In this document: positions 12,222 through 27,200 of the stretch, piece by piece
How positions within the stretch are numbered: the stretch's first letter is position 1
Layout: the number at the start of each line of letters is the position of its first letter
Assembly: GCF_964355755.1 (NCBI RefSeq)
Contig: NC_092671.1
Span: 2,108,001 to 2,172,000 of the forward strand
From: Antedon mediterranea
Lineage: Eukaryota > Animalia > Echinodermata
Direction of reading: 5' to 3'
DNA length: 64,000 nt
Made by a program: the position numbers and the translations under genes
Notes under the pieces: generated by a model
What the model was told of the DNA's origin: nothing
Databases searched by the model: none
Seen by the model: the letters and a program-made list of their open reading frames with translations, nothing else

Positions 12222-15200
12222 ATGTGGAGTCGATTTAGCAACCTGGCACAAAATGTCCAGGACAAACTTGATACTGTGGTGGATAATGTCAACAAGTCGC
12301 TGACAGAAGAGGAGGCTGCAGCTGCTGCCGCCGCAGCAGCAGCTGCACAACAGGTAATGGAGCTTTTTCAAGGAAATGTAACGTTGTGGTGATTACCGGC
12401 CCTAATAATACAAATATCTTACCACAGTGCTGGATAAAAAAATTAAACGTGATATTCATTTTATAATATAGGCTGGGTCAGAAACGCCGTCTAAGCCAGA
12501 GGGTGCGGGGGATGCCAGCTTCCAGTCAGCAACTGATAGTAGCTTCATATCACACTCAGATGCAGAGGATCAGTTGCTGGAGCAAAACAAACTAATAAGT
12601 CAACTGAAAGATATGATCAGAGAGAAGGACGCTCAATTACGCCAAAAAGAAACAGATATGAAGGTGTTTATAATCTTATGAAATATATTCATTCATTTCC
12701 TTTATTTCAGATAGTACATCCATATACGATACGAAACATACAAAACAAAAAGAGAAACAATTTCACCAGGAAATTAACAATAGCAACTTCCACAAAACTA
12801 ACCTAAAATATCCTAAAATACTTGATCAATTTGCACCATTTATAAAACTAAATATATTACAGGATAAAATATTATAAAACTTTATAAAAAATCAAAGATC
12901 TTATAAAATTATAAATACTATGTACATATTTAACATCATTTATCTAATATTTATATTAAATTTGAATTTTTAGGATATCAAAAATAGATCATAAATTATT
13001 TAACCATCCCCATTATCAGTCACATTAATTATCATTCAACACCCTACTGTATCATTATCTTTCTTGTCTTTTTCCCTGGATGAGCTGTTTATTCAGTAAA
13101 ACTAATTATCAATTGTCAATTATAAATCTATTTTTAAATAGAAATACTTAATTAACTAGCTTTATAATTGTCATTATTACTAAAAGGTTATATCAATTTT
13201 TAACACAGGAAAACAATGCTAAAATGTCAAAGTTCAAACTGCAAGCAAAGGCCAAGATTTCATCGCTTAACAACCAGATAGATGAACTTAAGAAATCCAG
13301 TGACATCACAGCCACGCCCCCTGTCAAGGTTTGGAAGATTTTATTTATTTTATTTGAGCATCCACTCTATTCTATTTATATATTTTATACTTTTTTTACT
13401 GAAAATGCTATTTATTTATATATCTTGCATGCATTTTATTTATACATCTTTTTTAACGAATATTAATAATTAAAAAATATATTAAAAATGTAGTATCTTA
13501 TTTTGATGATCAGATTTACCATTTATTCTACGAAAAATCAAATCTATCAAATCCTCGAAAAATCAAGAATTCTTTGGTCTAGAAGATTGCTCTTCTCAGA
13601 AATTAGAAATTATTTTTTTTTTATGTTTATTTTATTTCATTTCAAGCACGATACAATAAGATAAAATTATAACATTGTAAAACTAAGAAATGAAACAGGA
13701 ACAACCACAAAACATGCAAAAAAGCTTTCACAACTTGTGGTGCCCTAAAAAAGAAAAAAAAAGAAACCTACCTACATACTCTATAATTTTGGACCTGTTA
13801 CTCCAACAGACCTTTTTTTGGCCTAATCATAAAGTCAAATGACCTAATCAGGCAGATATAAATACTAATCTATCACTTTGTATCTAAACATATCTATAGC
13901 AGTTGAATAATAGTGGGCATGCTCAGTTATAATTCTCTTCACAATTTTCTCTTTTTCCGACTGGATGCTGAAAATAACAACATTTTATATATTTAGTTCC
14001 TTGTTTGCACGCTGTGTCTACATACTCCAATCATCATTATTTCAAATTAAATAAATTAATTTACAAAAGTGGTATTTTTTTTATACTTCATAATATTTTT
14101 TATAATTTTTGATATTTTATAATAAGTAATAAAGAATAATACAGGCATCGTTTATAATGATGACATAACAATATTATATGTTTAGAAGAATTCATAATTA
14201 TTTGAGAATACTGACAAAATTAGTATTTTTATTTATTCAAATTTGTATAGATAATAAATACTCGTTCCTTTAATGTTTGTAGTGTGTATTTTGTTTGTTT
14301 TTTTTTACATTACTGTACTGTAAAGAATAGTAATGTCACTAATTTTATTATATATTTAAATAAATATCTTGAATAAAAATAACCCAAGAGAAGTCTGTAA
14401 TTGATTCAGCTGACTGGATACATAATGTAATTTATTTTTTAATAAAGCCAACTTCCTTAAAATGTTCAATTGATGTGTTGAATGTTAAAACATTTTCCTG
14501 TTGGTGTCTGACAGCATATAATAATATACAAAGAAATACAATACTTGCGAAGTAGTTCAAATATCAGTCTTTAGGGGAATGTGTTAAGGATAAATCAATA
14601 TATAAGTGAACGTCATTATGCAAAAACAATTTCTATATTTTACAAAATTGACGCAAAAATAATTTGATTTTAACTGTATAGAAAATTCACTTAAAAACTA
14701 AACTTTAATTTTCACATCTGTTATATGTAATTTCACTAAAGTATAAATATATAGCAGTACGCCATAATAATTTTTAAAATATTTTGTAAGGTTTTAAGTC
14801 AATTATTCGTGTGTGTGTGTATTTGATATTTATTTTGCAATGCGATTACAATCCAGGAAACGAACGAAAAACCTAGCAGAGACGATCCATCATCACGCGC
14901 CAAGCTTCTAGTTATCCGCAAAAAACTAGAAGAAAAAAGCAAATTAGTTGAAGAACTTGAAGGGAAATTGAAAAAACTACAAGATACCTTAGAAGAAAAA
15001 GTTGCACTCATGCAAACGCAGGAAATATCTCTCTCGTCCAATGAAAAGCTTCTTAAAGAACGTGAAGAAACAGAACGTAAAATCTTAGCAGATCTTCAGA
15101 GTCGAGAAAATGAACTGTTAAAGAAAGATGCTGTAATTGAGGCTATGAGATCAGCTGGTGCAACAGAGTCTAAGCCTACTAACCAACCAATGGCATCTGA

Positions 15201-18200
15201 TTCATCATCTGAGGTGAGACTTAACTTAAATGCATTTTAAATTGGTGTAAAATTGGATAGCCTATGGTAGGAAAAATATAATATGTTTGCCAATTCTCTG
15301 TATCTAAATTTGTCCAGTATCATTAGCAAATTCCATGATACAGCATCATGTGTGTTGTACATGTAACCAAAACCATCCATGATACAGGCACCACATGGTA
15401 CAGACACAGATGAGGCAGATTTTGCCTAATTCCAGTATTGATTTTTACCATTTTTTCTGGTGTCTGTTTTTTGTAGGATTCAGCTAAGGTGCAAGAAATG
15501 TATGCACAACTTGTTTACAAAGACAAGATGATGATTGATCAAAATAATAAATCACTGGAACTTGAGGCTAAGATAATGGAATTGCAAGAGCATGTAAGAA
15601 ATAAAGATGAAGTTATCCAAAGCAGAGATAAGGTTATCAAGGTAAAATACAAGCAGATACAGTGTTTTTTAGAGATAGAAATATTTAACAAGTTTAGAAC
15701 AGACAGAGGAGACTATCAATAACATCTGCTGAAAAAAAATAATTATATTTTTTGTTTTAGGTCATTAGAGATGAACTAACAACCAAGGAAGAAGTCATCT
15801 CCAATCAGAACTCAATAATGGACAATATGAGGTCAAAGTTTGAAAGTGGGGATGAAAAAATGACATCACTAGTTGATGAGATCAGCGAAAAAGAATCTAA
15901 AATGCGAGAAGAGAAGGAGAAATCAGAAAATGAAAAACAACATCTAGAAGGACGATATAAGCAAAAAATCAGTGAGTTGGAGTCAATGTTAAAATTTCAA
16001 GAGGATAAAATTGGAGCAATAGAACTCGAACATAAAACGCAACTTGAAAATCTTGTGGGAAAATCAGAAAGTGATGCACAAATGGAAATGATTAAATCAA
16101 TAGAACATCGTTTGCAAGAAAAAGAAGAAATACTTTCTGGAAAAATGCAAGTTTTGGAGATGTTGCAGAAGGAAATTACTGAAAAAGATTCAGTAATAGA
16201 AGAAAAAGAATCTTCTTTGAAAAGCATTACTGAAAAACTAGAAGTGATGCATCAGCAATTTCAAGGATTACACGAAGATGCAATGTCAAGGGAAGATAGG
16301 TGGACTCGGGATATGAAAGAATTTGAAGAGAAGTATGAACAAGAAATAAATGAAAAGAACACAGCCATATCAGCATTGCAGACTGCTCTTACTCAGTATG
16401 ATGCAGCTTGTAAACAAGCCAGTACACAGTATACAGCTCTACATCAAACCTATGAAAAGAACCAGTCAGAACTGGATCAAACCAGATCAGATCTGGATCA
16501 ATCTAGAACTGAGTTGGATCAACTCAAGTCAACTCAAGCTGACAACCAGAAAGCAAATAATGAAGAACTGAGTAAGAATGTTGATGAATTACAAGATAGA
16601 ATTTCAAAAATGGAAATTGTTCTTGGTGAAAAAGAAAAGGAGATAGAAGACTACAAGAAGAAAACAGAAATTAAGATGGTCAAAATGAAGGCACAAGCTA
16701 AGGCGAAAATTAAAACCTTAGAGGATGAATTACAAGAGATGAAGAAGGTTAGATTTGATCACAGATTCCATTTCATTCTTCCTGCTGGTAAAGGGTTTCT
16801 TTCCTCAATCACTCATTCTGACATCGTTCCAAACTTTCTGCTTTCAGTTTTTAGCCTTTTCTATGTTCTTATTTACCATTCCAACACGCACAATTGTCTG
16901 GCAGCTGCTTAAAAATAAATTTATATCTCTGTTATATTTTTTGCTTCACAAATTGTCAAGGTATTTTTTTGTTTTCTGTCTGCTTTTTCAAATGATGTTG
17001 TCATTTTGTGATTGTTAAAATCAAAATTTGAAAACTACCCTAATACCAGCTGTGTTTACAATTTGATACTTATGATGAGATTGATTTGACTAACTGACAT
17101 TTAAAAAAGAAATGTTTGTAAACAAACCTACATATTATATGTAACATATTTTGTTTTTAAAATTCCAAGTATTATTAATAGGTATTTTTCAAAGTTATTA
17201 TTTTAGTGATAGTGTATACATCATTAGGATAATATATGTTTTAAACTAACAATCCGTAATAACATAATATTTAATTATAACATTTTTTATACACTATTAA
17301 CTTTTTGCTACTTGTATTTATATTCATGTCATTTGCCTTCTCTTGCTACACCTTTCTGCTTTATAAAACCAAAAAATAGTAATTCTAACATTTTTATATC
17401 CACTGTGTTATACTAATTGCTATTATATGTTAGATATTTTCATTGTAAGGCAAGAATCTACATCATAATTAACTTTTATCACTTGTTGTGCATTTTTAAC
17501 ATCACAACCATGCATAATGAGTAACAGTAATTTTTGTTTACCATATTGAATATTGTATTTAAAAAAAAAACATTAAAACCAATAATATGTAGAGAAATAA
17601 TTATTGTAATAAGGATAATGTTATATATTTTGTTATACTGTAATATTACAGTTAATTTGCAGCATTTTGCAAATAATCACTATTATTGAATATGCATTGA
17701 TTGGTGTGATTTTATAACTGTTTTTTTAAAACTCCAGCTCACACATTTTCTACTTATAATTTTATACACATTTACCATAATAATCCTTCAAAATAATGTC
17801 TTTTTGTAAACAGACTGCATCTTCTGTTGATGATGTGGAGGAATTGAAAATGCAGATCACAGAGCTGGAAGATGAGAAAGGAAACTTACAACTTAAGTTG
17901 GTTGACTTTGAAGAGGTCAAGATTCAATTAGGTAAGTGAGGTCAAAGTTCAATTAGGTAGGTGTGGTCTAAAATTTATTTTACTGGCAATGCGAGTGATA
18001 TTAAATTCTAGAAACTATAGTATAGAGAAAGTAAACAGATTAGACTAAAATAAACAAATCATTTTTACATAATTTTAAATTCAGTAAAAAACATTTTAAC
18101 CTGGAGCTGCGTGTGGTCAAATGAGGTTTTTAAAACCGTATTTGTTATTTTTATTTGGACCTGTTTCTAATAGCAAAAAAATACTGTTCTTTCAAAATAC

Positions 18201-21200
18201 AGTATTTTTAAATATGTATTCGCTTGCTCATTGGAAACAGGCCCAATACAATGCCTTATTAGGGAACATTTTGACTAAATAACATATTAATCACATCATT
18301 ATATGTTATTACTTTGTAGGTAAAGAACTGGAAACTATCAGTCAACTGGAAAAAAATAAGAAAGAACTTTTGGAAGAAAAAGAAGGATTGAAAGAAATGA
18401 TTGGCAGTCACCTCGAAAATGAGCAAAAATTGCTGAGCAACATTGAGGATTTACAAAAACAAGTAGACGAGGTAGGGAAAATGTATGGTGGTGTATGACT
18501 GCAATTCAAACTAAGCCCTACTTTTATATTCAGAGGCCTAAACTCCCTCAACAATTTTCTAGGACCGATAATTATATGTTCTCATAGTATAGAAAATTGT
18601 CCTAGTACCTCTAGTACAATATTGGAAACTTGTTTTTTTAAGGCATTATCCTCTATTTATTCTGTACTTTTGTATGAGGTGCCATTGCAAGAATTTGAGT
18701 AATGAATGATGTAACCAGGGAGTTGTTATTATAACAACTCCCTGATGTAACTGACTCAGTTTAAAATGAAATTGTTTTTCTTGTTTCAGAACCAGGTGAA
18801 CCATGATGCTAAACAGATGGAAATGCAAGAGCAGTTTCGTCGAGATCTTACGCAGGCAAAGGCTGACATTCAGGAGATGACCGACGAAAGGGATGAAGAG
18901 AGAAAATCTCGGGTCAGTGTTGAAAGCAAGCTTGTAGAAGTGAGCGAGATTAAGAAAAATGCTGTTATAAATATGGTTAGATTTAGTCCTCTCTCTCTTC
19001 TTTCTTTTGGTATCCATCTTGGTTTATATAATTGGGTGTGTGTGCTGGGTTGAGTAAAATACAGCATGCATGTTTTGTTTCAAGGTGTTTTGTGTGATCT
19101 GCCTGTTGTCTTGTCACAGCCTAGGATCTTGTGTATCCTCACAGCCTAAGGTCTTGTGTTTCCTCACAGCCTAGGGTATTGTGTTTCCTCACAGCCTAGG
19201 GTATTGTGTATCTTCACAGCCTAGGATCTTGTGTATCTTCACAGCCTAGGGTCTTGTGTTTCCTCACAGCCTAGGGTCTTGTGTCTCCTCACAGCCTAGG
19301 GTCTTGTCCTCCTCACAGCCTAGGGTCTTGTGTCTCCTCACAGCCTAGGGTCTTGTGTCTCCTCACAGCCTAGGGTCTTGTGTTTCCCCACAGCCTAGGC
19401 TCTTGTGTATCCCCACATCCTAGGGTCTTGTGTTTCCTCACAGCCTAGGATGTTCTGTATCCTCACTACCTGTTGGTATAGGCTTGTGTATGTTTTTGAT
19501 TTCCTGTGGTAAATTTAAATGTATAGAAAATATGATTTTTCGCTTACAGTATATATCCTAGAAGTACAGTAGAACTTGTGTCCCTTTATAGATATAGGGG
19601 AAGGCCATAATTGCCTCTTATCATTTCATCGGAAAATGAGGGGTCCTGCTGTAATTTCAACCTGTGTTAAACTGTAGATCCCAGTTTATTGCTTGTTTCC
19701 TATTTGAATTGCATGACTTGTTTTTGTGAATACTATGATTATGTAACATATGTACTATGTAGAAGTCGGGTATGAGCACAAAGGTCATTGACCCTGAGTA
19801 TTTTGAACTAATTTGTTAAAGCAAATAATGCTACTTTCTCACCCCTAAGGATGATCAAAGTATATTGATCAAAACGTTGAGAAACTCTTCTTTTCAGAAC
19901 TATACAATCACATGGTATACCGAAAACTTGATATCAACATAATGCCACTATAGGTTTTAATTTTTTTATTATTATAAGTAACTATATTTAAAAACTAATG
20001 TGTGTAAGACTGTGTCAGAGGTCACTATCAACTTTCCTTTAGTTTTTTATACTATATAATATTTCTTTAACAAACTAAGTAACAGGTTAATTAATACTTT
20101 AATTATGGTTTTAATAGTGCATGTATTTATTATTTTTGTCTACACTATCAAACTTTATATGACAAACAAATATGATGTGCATAGTTTTTTTTGTCAAACT
20201 AATTTGATAGTGTAGACAGAGCTTAAAACAAATTATCAACAACAACACATTTTGTTTAGCAGTGTTTTGTTTCTTTTTTTATATTCGCTGTGTCTGAATG
20301 CAACTATCTATTTTATTGTTTTTCTAGGCTTCTCAAGATAAAACAATAGAATCTTTAAAAGAATTACTTGAACAGGAGCAAATTAGTTTGAAAACAACTG
20401 AAGGTGAAAGGAAACAGCTACAAGAGGACAAGGTGAGCTTGGAAATAAGGATGGTTCAACTGGAAGAAGAGAAAGAAAGTAAGTAATTATGTAGAGAATT
20501 TACAATACAGTCAACTATTCTAAAACTCAACATTCTTTATTTCTAAATGTATTTAGTAAAATAGAATTATGTAGAAAGTGTATGTTATTCATTCATACAT
20601 TAATTTCCTTTATTTCGGATGGTACATCCATATACAAAATATACAATATAAAGAGTGCTAAATTTCAACCAGGAAATTGACATCTTACACAACACAACCT
20701 ATAAATTTGCACCAGTCCTGATCATGTTATTCAGCAGTTGGTTTGTTGTTTGTTTTATTTGATTGCCACAATTAATACATAATATATTTCTTTATAAATA
20801 ATTAGTTAAGTATAAATGTGGATGGTGGTCAAAATAAGTCTAAGAAAATAGACTTTAAGCAGAGACCACCATTAACAAAATAGAAAAAAATTAGGCCTAC
20901 ATTGAGGTTATAGTAAAATAATTCATTCAAGTAAATAAAATAAAAGGTAGAGTGGTTTATAACACAAATCTTCTTTGGTGGCTGTACATGTCATATATCA
21001 GATGAGCAGTGGAGATACAATGTTTTTAAACAGGCCAATCAGACCCCAACACTCCAAATTTAGGAAAGTTATACTATATAGGGTGACAATTTCTTTTGGG
21101 TTTTTTTTTGGCATCCATTTGCAAATTGTACATGATGTGGTCTGTACATTTATTTACCACCTTTTGTTGTCACATCCCATCTATGCATTCAAGAGGCTGT

Positions 21201-24200
21201 ACTTTAAAGTGTACCTTACCTACATTTACATTAGTTTACATTGTCAGAACAAAAAATGTTTTTAGTCAATACTTCAAAATATTACTTGAAATCTGTTTCA
21301 ATCTTTTAAATCTAGATTTAAATTCTGCTAAAACAAAACTAGAAGAGGAGGTTGTCAGACTAAATAATGAGAATAAAGAACAACACAGCCAACATGAAGA
21401 AGAAATCAACACACTCAAGAAGGACATGGAGAGCGAACATATGCCTATCGTGGTCATAGAGGATGAGTGCAAGTTACTACAACAGAAAATAAATGAATTG
21501 GAAGAAATAAAAAGAGGTTTGAGTTCAAAGGTTACTGACCTAGAGGAAGGAAAATCGATCCTAGAGACAAAGATTTATGAACTTCAAGTTACTCAAAAGG
21601 TATAGTCAATTTTACATGTTCATGCCAGTGCTCTCTGTTAGTCTGTCATCGTTTAATATTAGTGTGAAGATTCATACCGTATATTTCGGTGTATAAGTCG
21701 CACCTGTGTATAAGACGCACCCCCTCACTGAGAGTAAAATATCGCTATTTTTTATATCGTTGATGTATAAGACGCACCTTATATTTCATAAAAACAATTT
21801 TTTTTAAAATTGTAATCAATATTATTGTAATAATAATTTTGTTATATCTACAACGGCGTCTTTTATTTAGGTTTTTCTTACCTAGGCTCGGCCGCGCCCA
21901 GCCTCAACAAGTTCTTTCTAACTTGTTATTCATGAGTTTCGCACCTGCAACATCGAGTGCATGACCGTGTGTGTAACACGTACGTACGTGTGTGTGGGCT
22001 AGCCTCGATCGATCATTTCGAAAGGGCGCACGTTTTCACGGACAATCGTATTCGATTAGTATCTATGTATCCGAGAAGTGTGTACGCTAGGTCCATGCTA
22101 TAATCACCTGGAGAATATACTTGTCGAATACCGTACACCATGTGGCCGCCCAAGAAGGGCTTGCAATCGTAAACGTTTAAAAATGAAGTTTTATTGGAGC
22201 GCGTAAAACAGCAGCTCCATAATGAACAAATCTTTTCATCATATTTAGTATAACATCATGCTAAAATGCCTTGAAAACTAGGCAGAAGCAGGTTGCCGTT
22301 ACGTTAGTATAATGTAGCTAGGCCTAGCTTACTCAGGCCTAGCAAATGAGGTGACGATATGTACAATCTGTGTGGTGAGGCATTTATGTTTGGTGTATAA
22401 GATGCACCCTTAATTTAGAGGTCAAATTTGCGTGTCAAAAGTGCGACTTATACACCGAAATATACGGTATGTGTTGGTGTATATAAAATTAGGAGTTAAA
22501 CTCTTAATAAAAGAAGAAAATGTTTTGTCTAACAGCTGTAGACATCATCGTTAATTCATTCCTTTAGCATTGTGCTTTTTATGTAACTTCTTATTTACCT
22601 CCGCCAAGGAGGTTTGTGTAATCGGTAGCGTGTGTTTGTTTGTTTGTTAACAAGATTACTCAAAAAGTAATTACAAGATCTTTACCAAAATGTGGTCAAG
22701 GACCATTCCATTAAATTGGGACCATGGTCCCAATTCTGGACCACTTTTTTGTATACTTTTCAGACCTGCTAGTGTTAAAAGATAGGACAGAATTTTTCAA
22801 AAGCTGGCAGGCAGTCTTAAAGTAACAAGTAAACTGAAATTGCATTTTCTCGAGAAATACTTGTCCAAAAAACTTCATTTTTGTACAAGAGGCAAGAGTT
22901 ATAATTTGTGATTTGTAATTTTGAAACATAATTTGATTTTATTTGCACGTTTTTAGAGGTTGATGATAGTTTAAAAAACCTATTTCTTTTCAAATTTACT
23001 TGTTTGATTTTCGCGTTGCTGTTCTATTGTTAGTCAACTGAAGCTATTGTTAATTGAAAGGCTTGTTACATAAACATTACACCAAACTCGCATACACATG
23101 CTTGTAGTGAAATTAGCCTAAATCACAAACAGCATTAAGACACACACAAATATATATATTTTTTTTACTGGGGAAATCTTATGTAGGAGAATTTTACAAT
23201 AGGTGGAGGTATGCACTCTCGGAGTGGCTTTCTAGTTCTAATATGTAAACTGATTTTATCCTATAGGAAGTGAGCAAAGGTCACTTACAATTGTCTGTAA
23301 GTAACATGGAAGAAATAACCAGACTAAATAAATCCAATGCACAGTTACAATCTCAACTTGAAAGTTTGACAGTGTCCAAAGAAAGTCTAAATAAAGAACT
23401 TCAAAATCAGGTATATTTTTCATATAAATTCAATACATTGATTTAATTTAAGATTAATTTAATTTAAGATTGTACTAATACCTAAAGAAGAGTTTTTATT
23501 GATGTTGACTTAGGCTCTGTCCACACTATCAAACTGACAAAAAATGTGATGTGCTCATGTACAGTATGACATCATATTACTACCTTATTTGCGAACATTA
23601 CCATTTTTTGTCAAACTAGTTTGAAAGTGTAGACAGAGCTTTAGTTAAGTTAATAATAATAATGTGTTCATCAGTTTGTTATAAGTCTTTTCAATACATG
23701 AAAACATGAATATATATACGCTACATTTTATATTCTATAGTGTTTTTAATTAAAATCTTTAATTCAATTTTTGCATGCAGGTAGTTCAACTTCAAGCAGA
23801 GATTGACTCAACTAATACACAGTTAAAGCACACAGTTGATAAACTTGACAAAGCGGTTGAAGACTATGAAAACAAAGTGTCAACTATGACTAGAAAGGTG
23901 GAAGCTAGTAATCATGAAATTGAACTTTTAAATGACAAAGTGAAACAAACTGTGGAGAACTTAGAAGAAGTTACGGAAAGATTGAACTTAAAAGAAGAAG
24001 AATTAGTAGATACTGTATCCAAGTTGCACATGAAGGAGACTGAACTTGCAGAAAGCCAGGCAAAGCTGATCGATTTGACTGATAAACTTAATCAGGTTAC
24101 AATAGAATCACAAAGAAATGAAACAAATTTAGAGTTACTTCAAATGGATATTGAACAAGCAAATTCTCAAGTTGAAAATCAGAAGTCTATATTTCTTTTA

Positions 24201-27200
24201 GAGAAACAAGAACTTAAAGGAATCCAGAACAACTTAGAAAAGGATATACGTGAACTTAAACAAGATTGCGTAGAAAAAGATGACTTGATTTCAACACTGT
24301 CAAGTAATGTGACTGAACATTTACAAGAATTAAACAAAATGAAAGATCTACTTAATGAGAGAAATCATTCAATAACATCTCTGGAAAACGCAGTCAGCAA
24401 AGCTGAACGAGAACTGGAAGTTATAAAAGATGGTCAAAGTTCAGAAGGAAGAAGAACAGAATCCAAAGTAACATCACTTTTGGAGCAAATTTCTGACCTT
24501 GAAACTGAAATCGCAAGTAACCAAAAGACGATATCAGATTTTCAAAATCAACTTGATAGTTTAAATTTGCAATTGGAACAAACAAAATCTGAACTTGATC
24601 TTAAAAGCAATGAGATGGAAAACACAGTGATAAAATTTACCAAACAACTTGAGGAAAAAGATCAACAGAACTCATCTCTGCAAGAACAATTGATAACAAC
24701 ATTAAAACAGGTACAAGAAAATGAAAGTTCTTATCAAGAACAACGTAAATTAGACAAAGACAATTTTAATGAAGTTCAAGCTACGTTGAACACTAAACTT
24801 GCAGATTTAGAAGAAGCACAGCAGAAAAAGATTGCTGAATTTAAAAATGAACTAAAGGAAAAATCATCTGCAATTGATGCTGCTAGTAAACAACTACAAA
24901 AAATGAAAGAAAATGTTAAACAGAAGCTAAAATCTACAAAGAAAGAGTTGAATGAGGTAAAAGCTGAATTGAAACAAGAAAGAGAAACTATGAGCCAAAA
25001 GGAACAGGAGAACACGGAGGAAAAAGAAAGACTGTCCAAGACACTTGAGAACTTAGAAACTGAATTAAAAACTAAAGAAGATCGATTAGTAAAACAAGAA
25101 CAAGAAATTCAAGGCCAGGAAGCTTCAGCATGTGATATAACAAACAAACATCAGTTGGCAATTGAAGAAGAAAGAAAACAACTTAAAATGTTACAAATGG
25201 AAAAGGAACAAGTGGAGAAAAATCTACAAGATCAGATCAGAAGATTAGATGAATTAGAAAATCAGAATCAATCGTTATCTCAAGAACTTACTAATGCACA
25301 AGAACAATTGAAAATAGTACAAGCTAATGCTGATGAACTATTGCAAAAAGTTGACAAATTACAGGTTGAAAAGGAGCATTGTGATAGCAATGCTAGGACC
25401 GAGAAAGAAAGACATGAAGAATCTATGCAGGAAGAATCGGCCAAATTTAATCAATTACAAGAGCAGTATAACAGTTTAACTCAAATTGAAAAAGAAAGAG
25501 AACAGTCTATTGGTTCAACAGTCCAAGAAAATCAATCTTTAAAGTCATCATTAGTGAAACTAGAAAACAATTGTTCTGAAATTACAGAAAGGTTTAAAGA
25601 ATTACAAGAAAAACATCACAATATGATGTTGGGTGATGATGAAAGAAGCAATTCATTACAGTCAGCCAATCAGGAAATAAGTTCTCTTACAGAATCACTT
25701 AACATTACTGAAGAATCTCACAAAGAAAATGTTGATGCACTTAATAAACAGATTCAAAAGTTTGAAGAAGAGACCGCAAACTTACAAGATGCGCTGAAGC
25801 AAAAAACAGAATCATTCAATGTACTAAATGAAGAGTATTCCAAATTAATGAGTATAACCTCAAATGAAAAAGAGGAACTGCAAGAAAGAAACAACATTGC
25901 TGAAGAGAAATTAAAACATCTTGAAGACAGTCTAACTGAAAAAACAGACATGCTCCACCAGGTTACGCAGAAGATTGTAGACAATGAAAAAGCTTACCAC
26001 GAGGAACTCAATCAGTTACAAAGACAAATAGATCTGGTCTCAACAGAGAAGGACAAAGTATCATCAGAAATTGTTGAGTATGAAGCACAAATTAAAGAAT
26101 ACAAATCACAACTCGCTGTAAGTGCAGACAACTTTAGCGCTGAAATATCATCTTTGAAGGAAAGTATAGAGATGTATAAAGAAGAGATTCAGAGGATTCA
26201 GGAAGAATTCAATAAAAAGGAAGCTGAAGTAAAAGAATTAAATGAAACTTATAATTCTGAAAGCCAACAATTACAAATGAAGCTGCGTCATCTTGAAGAA
26301 GAGCACCAACGTGAAACATCCAAAATAGAGACTCTTGAAAAACAGACAAGTAGTCAAGAATCAGAGATTGCTAGTCAACTCTCAGCCCTTAATGAAGCAT
26401 TTGAGAGATCAATGGAAAAAGTGCAGGATCTGGAAAGTCAGCTGAGAAGTAAAGAAAATGATATAACAAAACTAGATCTTGTTTTGAAGGAACAAAGAAG
26501 CAGTTATGAAGACCAGTGTAGTAAATTACAAGAAAATATTTCTAAGATCAGTGCAGAATTAATTGAGAAAAGTGAAAAGTCTAGACATGAGAAGGAAGAA
26601 ATTGAAAGTAAATTAAATTTGCATATTCAAGAGTTAACTGAAAAACTTGAAAATAGTGAAGAATCAATTCAGAAATTAGAATCAGAATTACAAAATACAA
26701 CTTCCAAAATGTCTTCCATGAACAGTAGTTTAGTAGCTTATTCTGAACGAATTCCCGAGTTAGAAAATGAATTACAAAATAGATCTTTGCAATTAGAAGA
26801 TCTTGAAGCTAAACTTACTGGACAAAATGTTCAATTTGATGAGTTAAATCAAAGTGTTTCTGAAAAAGACGTCTTGATCTCCACTTTAGAAAAAAAATTA
26901 GACGAAATTCAAACAGAGACAGATGGCTCAAAGCTAGAGAAGGACGATGAACTTGAAAAAACACAAGAGCAATTTAAGAAAGAGAAAACAAAATTACAAG
27001 AAGAATTACAAGGACTAAAAATTAAGTATGGTAAACTTTTAACAAAAGCAAAGGATGTTAAATCACAACTGGAAGGAGGTAAACAAGATATTAGTTCTTT
27101 AACCATAGAAAAAGAAAACCTGCAGAAATCATTAGGAGAAAAACAGGAGATATTGGAGAACCAAGCAACTATGTTGGATAGCCTGAACTCTAGACTTTCT

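Noticed and set aside
19113-19470. 25-bp repeats resembling a CRISPR array (likewise 45612-45816 and 63060-63535)
   Set aside because: Units are contiguous with no unique spacers, there are no cas genes, and the context is eukaryotic intronic or intergenic DNA.
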